DNA of 64,000 nucleotides from Eutreptiella sp. 'Long Island Sound 2002' (taxonomy: Eukaryota > Protista > Euglenida): assembly GCA_964036045.1 (NCBI GenBank), contig OZ038378.1, positions 159,030,001 through 159,094,000 of the forward strand, written 5' to 3'. Every line of letters starts with the position of its first letter. The stretch's first letter is position 1. The notes under the pieces were generated by a model, which did no database searches, was not told where the DNA came from, and saw nothing but the letters and a program-made list of their open reading frames with translations. This document shows positions 58,839-64,000 of this stretch, one piece after another. Both the position numbers and the translations under genes were made by a program.

Positions 58839-61211
58839 ATGTCTACCATTGCGCCTCCGTGCGAGTTGGATTCCCCCAAGCAAGCGCAGTGTGGCAAGTC
58901 GCGAAGTGCCCAAGGCCCAGCACGGGCACAAAAAACGCGTTCCAAGAAGGGGAACAATCGAGTGGATAAAGCACGCAACTGCTGCCGGGGCCATGGCGAT
59001 CTCGACCAGAGATCCGCCAATGTGGTCCTTCCCAACGCGTTGGAACTCACGCTCAAAGGGCTTGCCCCCGTCCCGGTCCCACAAAGCGCCATCGCTACGA
59101 CGCGCTTTTGGGAGGACCTGAATCTCGAGGGCATGCCCACCTTTGCCTTCTCCGCCGACCAAGTGTGCGATGCCCACCAACGAAACACTTGCCTCCATGG
59201 CTTCAGCTGCACGAAGATCCACATCTGCCGCGAGCTGTGGACCTCCGTCACCAAGCCCTTCACCTTCACCAAACAGAAGCCGAACGCGAAGCGCGAGCAG
59301 GACGTCCCAGGCCGGGCCACCGTGTCGGAGAGCGCCGAAGCCCCCCACACGGTGCCGGGGTCAATGAGGGGGCTGCTCCCCGTCCCGGGCGCGGCGCAGC
59401 CTCCCGCCGAAGGGCTGTTGCCCACGCAGCCGCCCGTGCACCCCCCAGTCGGGCATCCCCCGACGCAGCCCATCCCGGCACACGACCCGTCTGCGGGGCA
59501 GTTCGCAGCCCAGACGCCGCCGCGGCCGTGGCCCCCCGCGCCAGCCCCCGGCCGCTTTGACCCTGAGCCTCCGCAGGCCCCGCCACTGGGCCCCCCGAAC
59601 GTGCCCCTGCCGCCGCCGCCAGGGCCGCCCATGGAATTCGCCCCGGCCCCCGACCGCCACATGCCCCCCCCGATGCAACCGGGGCCCCCGCCCCCCCCTC
59701 CGCAGCACGCCCCCCCCCCGGCCCTGCCCCCTCCCGGACCCCCGCAGTACACGCAACCCCCGCACCTGATGAACGGGCAGCCCCAACCGCCACACTGGCA
59801 GTCCCAACCCCCGGCCGCGGCCCCGCCGACGCCGGCGTGGCCCGCGCAGCCGCCCCCGGCCCCGCTCCAACCGTCGAGCGTGCAGCCCCAACCGCTGGGC
59901 ATGCAGCCCCCGTCGCCCAGCGTCCAAGCCACGCTGCCGCCGCCGCTGCGCTCACCACAGTTCGCGGACCGGGTCCCGTACCCGCACCCCCCGATGCCGC
60001 CCATGCCGCCCCCCCAGGCCCCCGCGCTGCCCGCGCACACCGCCCCGTTCCCCGCCGCCCCCGCCGCGCACCCCACGCCCGGCGGGGCCCTCGGGCCCGC
60101 CCCGGAGCGGCCGCCCGCGACCTTCTTCGGGGGCGACCCCCACACCCACGCGGTGCTGGTCCAGATCGGCCTGCAGACCCTCATCGACAACGGGCCCGTG
60201 CCGCTGTCCCCGAGCCTCGCGCTCCCGGGGGGCCCTCCCCCCGCGCCCATGACCCCCGCGGGGGCCGCGCCCGGGGCCCTCAGCCCCACGAGGCCGGCGG
60301 GGGTGGGGCCGCTGAGCCCGGTAAGCCCCGCGGCCGCCACCCCGGGCCCCCTCAGTCCCATGAGCGGGGCTCTGAGCCCCGGCAGTGCCCCGGCGTTCAT
60401 GACCCCCGGGACCCCAGGCCCTCTCAGCCCCGGCAGTGCCCCGGGGGCCATCAGCCCCGGCACACCGCTGGCCCTGAGCCCGGCCAAGGCAGCCACGGGC
60501 CCCCTCAGCCCCGTCGCCATCCAGGGGCCTCAGAGCCCCAGCGCCACGAGGCTCATGGGCCCGGCAGGGGCCCCCCAACCAGCGCCCATCAGTCCGCCCC
60601 AGGCACGGCAGTGCGGCCGCCCCGCGCCGGTGCCGCCGCTGTCCCCCGACCTGATCCGCTCGGACGTGCCGGTGGACCACAGCGCCCTCCCGAGAGAATC
60701 GCGAACCCCGACCACCGGCTCCGGCCCTTGGGACCGCGCGCGCGCCCTGGGCCCGAGCACCCCGAGCGCGGGCACCCCGAGCGCGAAGGCCCCGTCCCCG
60801 ATGTTCCCGGGCCCGCAGCTGATCCCGAACCGCAATGCCCTGGGCTGCAGCCCCATTCTCATCCCGGCGCAGGAGCTCTGCCCGGCGCTGGATGCGCAGT
60901 GGCCGAAGCCCCCACCGGCCGACCGGGCAGCGGCCAGAGAGAGTCCGCTGAGCGCCGCTGCCCGCGAGAGTCCGCTGAGCTCCATGGGGCCGTCGGACGG
61001 CGACAGCAGCGACGACGACCGCGTCGCGGTCACGCCGGCAGCAGGCGACCGGCCCGAGACCAAGTCCGAGTCCGATGCATGGGACGTGCGCGCGCGCGCG
61101 TCCCGCGGAAAGTTCAAGGGGCTGCGTGGCTCTGGGCTGCTGGGCGTGCAAATGTGCAGTGCACCGGAAGGCCGCGGCTTCGCGGCCGGGCGCGGCCGCG
61201 TGACTGCCTAA
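58839..61211 (+). CDS. CCCH zinc-finger, proline-rich protein (790 aa), likely RNA-binding
   Basis: Uninterrupted GC-rich ORF. C-x7-C-x5-C-x3-H finger (CDAHQRNTCLHGFSCTKIH, 59166-59222), long Pro-rich region, repeated [LI]SP motifs. Confidence 0.8.
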   Translation: MSTIAPPCELDSPKQAQCGKSRSAQGPARAQKTRSKKGNNRVDKARNCCRGHGDLDQRSANVVLPNALELTLKGLAPVPVPQSAIATTRFWEDLNLEGMPTFAFSADQVCDAHQRNTCLHGFSCTKIHICRELWTSVTKPFTFTKQKPNAKREQDVPGRATVSESAEAPHTVPGSMRGLLPVPGAAQPPAEGLLPTQPPVHPPVGHPPTQPIPAHDPSAGQFAAQTPPRPWPPAPAPGRFDPEPPQAPPLGPPNVPLPPPPGPPMEFAPAPDRHMPPPMQPGPPPPPPQHAPPPALPPPGPPQYTQPPHLMNGQPQPPHWQSQPPAAAPPTPAWPAQPPPAPLQPSSVQPQPLGMQPPSPSVQATLPPPLRSPQFADRVPYPHPPMPPMPPPQAPALPAHTAPFPAAPAAHPTPGGALGPAPERPPATFFGGDPHTHAVLVQIGLQTLIDNGPVPLSPSLALPGGPPPAPMTPAGAAPGALSPTRPAGVGPLSPVSPAAATPGPLSPMSGALSPGSAPAFMTPGTPGPLSPGSAPGAISPGTPLALSPAKAATGPLSPVAIQGPQSPSATRLMGPAGAPQPAPISPPQARQCGRPAPVPPLSPDLIRSDVPVDHSALPRESRTPTTGSGPWDRARALGPSTPSAGTPSAKAPSPMFPGPQLIPNRNALGCSPILIPAQELCPALDAQWPKPPPADRAAARESPLSAAARESPLSSMGPSDGDSSDDDRVAVTPAAGDRPETKSESDAWDVRARASRGKFKGLRGSGLLGVQMCSAPEGRGFAAGRGRVTA

Positions 61212-64000
61212 GTGTCACCTGCTCTCGGCCCCCCCGGTCGTGGACTGCTGGCGCTGGCGCGGCGGGGGCCTGCGGAGGACAGTGCCCCCCCACGTCGCCC
61301 CCAAGACCGCTTTCACACCCGTGGCCGACCGGTGGCACAAGCGTTCGCGGCACTACCCTCTGCCTTTCAGCGCCGGCCCCCCCCCCCCCCCCCACCCCCT
61401 GACCCCGTCCGCCTGCGCCGGTCGGGGGCTCAGGCGCAAAGCCGCTCGTGTGTACGAGGGCGGGCGCCCAACGCGTACCAGCGACGAGGACCGCGTTGCC
61501 GCGGCACCGACGCCCCAGTGCCGTCAGACCATCGTCCCCTTGTACCGTCCCCCCCGTCCGCCTGGACGCCTCCCATTGACCCCGCGCTTTGACTGTCTTT
61601 GCGCCATCAGCCACGCGCGCCTCCGTGGCCCTGCCCAAGGACCGTCCAGTGTCCAAGTCCGCACGCCGGCGGCACTAGCCACGCGGCATGTGCACCCGCG
61701 ATGCGCGCCCCCGTCGGCCTTCCTCTCCAACGCGCGGTTTCCCCCGGTATTCACCCGCTGCCGCATCCCGCGCCCGGCACGGCCCCGGGGGCGAAGCGGC
61801 GCTTCACAAATGTCCATTTTTCCGCGGCCCAACGGCGCGACCCCGTGCGGCGGCGGCGTGCGGCCCACGGCTTTTCAGCGCTCGCCGTTTGTGTATAGAC
61901 CCCCCGCGCCATCCTCCGCCCCGCGAATCGAAGCCGTCCGGGTCCCTCTGACCTGCCCGTACCTCGTGCACCCGCGACGCTCCTACGGTCTCGAGACCGA
62001 CGGCGTCACAAGAAGGCGTACCCCTCCCCTTCAGGCGGGGGGTTTCCTGGAGCACCACCCCACAACGACGCAGTCCCGTCGTCGCTTTTGATGGGGGGCT
62101 CCCGAGACGTACCGCGACATGCCGGAGGGTGACCCCGGAAATGCCGGTTGGCATCGCACGCGCGCTGCGCGTGGCAGATCTACCGGGACGAGAGAGTAGC
62201 GCCAGGCGCTGCCAAAGTGTGGGACCCACAGCAATCTTCTCGCTTCTGGGGTGACAGGGGGCCTGGGTAGGGGAGGGAGACGGTGGGTACGAAGGTCAGC
62301 GGGCTGCAACAAGATGGTCGTGTTGCAGGTACGGTGAGCAGAGCACTCGAAGGGCACCCCCCTTCAGTGATGCAGAACCATGATTTAAAGGGACCATCCG
62401 AGACGAATCGCCCTCTCAGCCCCCCCGGGTACTATGCACAGCAGCCACCAGTAGAGGGTCCACGTGTCCAGTGGCTCCAATCTCGGGTACATTCTCACAG
62501 ATGACCCTCTTTTCTCGAAGTTGATCAGCTCTCCCTTTCGCTCTTGTTTCAACAATTTCCCTCTCTTTCTCTTCCTTCTTGATCTTAGCGGATCTTGACT
62601 TCACCGAGTCTCTTACCTTTGTCAGGTCTGCCGTTCCACTCCCAACAGATATAACCGAAGGTTCAGGACGAGGGTCTGTCGAAGTTGTCGTGGTTGGGTT
62701 CCCAATGGAGGCAGAAAGCGGAATGGAGGTGGATGTAGGTTGATGGAACACCAACCGAGGGTCGATGTTGGTTTCAGGAGCACATCCGGCGCACCTTTGC
62801 CAGGCCGTTAACTACCCTGGCGTGCGCCACGAAACGTTGGGGGTCGCGGGCCCTGAGGACTGCCGTCGCCTGTTCACCGGTGGAACCGCATGGAGCGTGA
62901 GTTCCGGCTGTGCAAGTGCCTGCGAATTGCACGAGCCGCAAGACATCGGTTGCGGTCCATGAATGGCTCTGTGTTGGCCCCAACACGGAGGCACGGGTGC
63001 GAGCAACCCTTCTGTGTATCCATGCGGCCTTCAGCTGTGAACCGTTGACGGCCTACAGGGACTCATCACAGGAGCAGTCATCTCGAGTTTCCCCCTTTTT
63101 GTTTTCTTTTGCCTGCTCACCATGTCAAACGATGTGGGATTGTTGCGGAGGCGAGCTCTGATCCTTGACTCTGCGTGACTCTCGAGCGCCTTCCACGTTG
63201 CTCTCCAACTTGCGCCTCGGCCTGTGCACGAGAAAATTTTTCGTCCTTTGGGTCTTTTGGGGCTCTTTGTCCTGCACCAAGAGCTGGAGATGATCCCCGG
63301 GACAGGGAGCCTGCAGTGATGGGTGGGTATTTGTTTTGAGACCGGTACACAATTTTTAGTTGGTTTTTGCAGTCCGCATGCATCTTCACAGGGATGCCCT
63401 GCCAGGCGGGGCGCGCGCAGGGTGTGCGGGGCATCTTCTGGACAATTTTTGTGATGCAGGGCATGTTGCTGTTGTGCAAAGAGGGACGGCCAGGGAACCA
63501 CACTCTGCTGCATCACATATTTCGGCTTATGCTTTGCACGGAAGGTTTGCAGTCTAGTGCGGTCTACTTGGGGACTTCCCCAGGTGGGGATAAACTTGGG
63601 GCTAGAGATATGATGCTTAATACAAAGGTAGCGCGCCGGGCGGCGCCGGGCAACTATTCCCCCAGTGCTCAGGTATTAGGTGCTTGGTGGACTTGCAAAT
63701 GGCAGCATTTCTCTCCTGTGCCCTTTGGAATGGGTGTGGCACATCCAAAAAAGGGGGGGCGGCGGTTAGTTTCGTTCCGAGTCCAACTGCCGCCGGTTGG
63801 TTGGCAACCGCTATTGGTTGGCCTGCAAGTGGGCACATTTCACTGACATGTCCTTGCTCCTCACCAATCGGCTCACAGTAGGGCAGCCCCACTCCCCACT
63901 TGACAACAACCCATCCCCAGACGCACCGCGGCGGCGGACATCATTGTGCCCTCGTGGCATTCACAGTGAGGGGACCAGGAATCGATCCAAATTGGCCCCA

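Noticed and set aside
58808-61402. Several long antisense or alternate-frame ORFs
   Set aside because: GC-rich shadows of the CCCH gene (58839-61211).
62416-62754. 112-aa ORF with a Lys/Glu-rich helix, possibly gag or LINE ORF1
   Set aside because: No diagnostic motif and no supporting element ends.

Overview
This is a repeat-rich eukaryotic genomic window, most likely from a euglenid. Two observations point that way: a near-perfect Euglena-type spliced-leader (SL) sequence at 15997-16020 (-), and intron donors that read GTGYG rather than GTRAGT. Three host genes can be reconstructed: (1) a two-exon cytochrome b5-like heme/steroid-binding (MAPR-type) gene, join(5318..5545,10053..10271); (2) a multi-exon Ttd14-like AAA_28 P-loop + CYTH-like gene on the minus strand (about 40170-50873), whose middle exons are unresolved; (3) an intronless 790-aa CCCH zinc-finger/Pro-rich gene (58839-61211). 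Most of the remaining sequence is nested mobile DNA: hAT-like MITEs with 8-bp TSDs, a MULE-like MITE with a 9-bp TSD and a 99-bp tandem array, PIF/Harbinger transposase fragments, and decayed LINE, DIRS-like and gag sequences. Two observations stand out. (a) A ~9.5-kb TIR-bounded CACTA/CMC-like transposon (28129-37594) encodes a DDE transposase and two ORFs sharing a Ulp1-like (clan CE) protease motif; one ORF keeps the catalytic Cys and the other has His there. It also carries a 149-bp satellite with a 594-bp higher-order repeat and a 112-bp perfect direct subterminal repeat. (b) An SL relic heads a gag-like pseudogene, which suggests a retroposed trans-spliced transcript. All family assignments come from motifs recognised by eye; no database searches were run.
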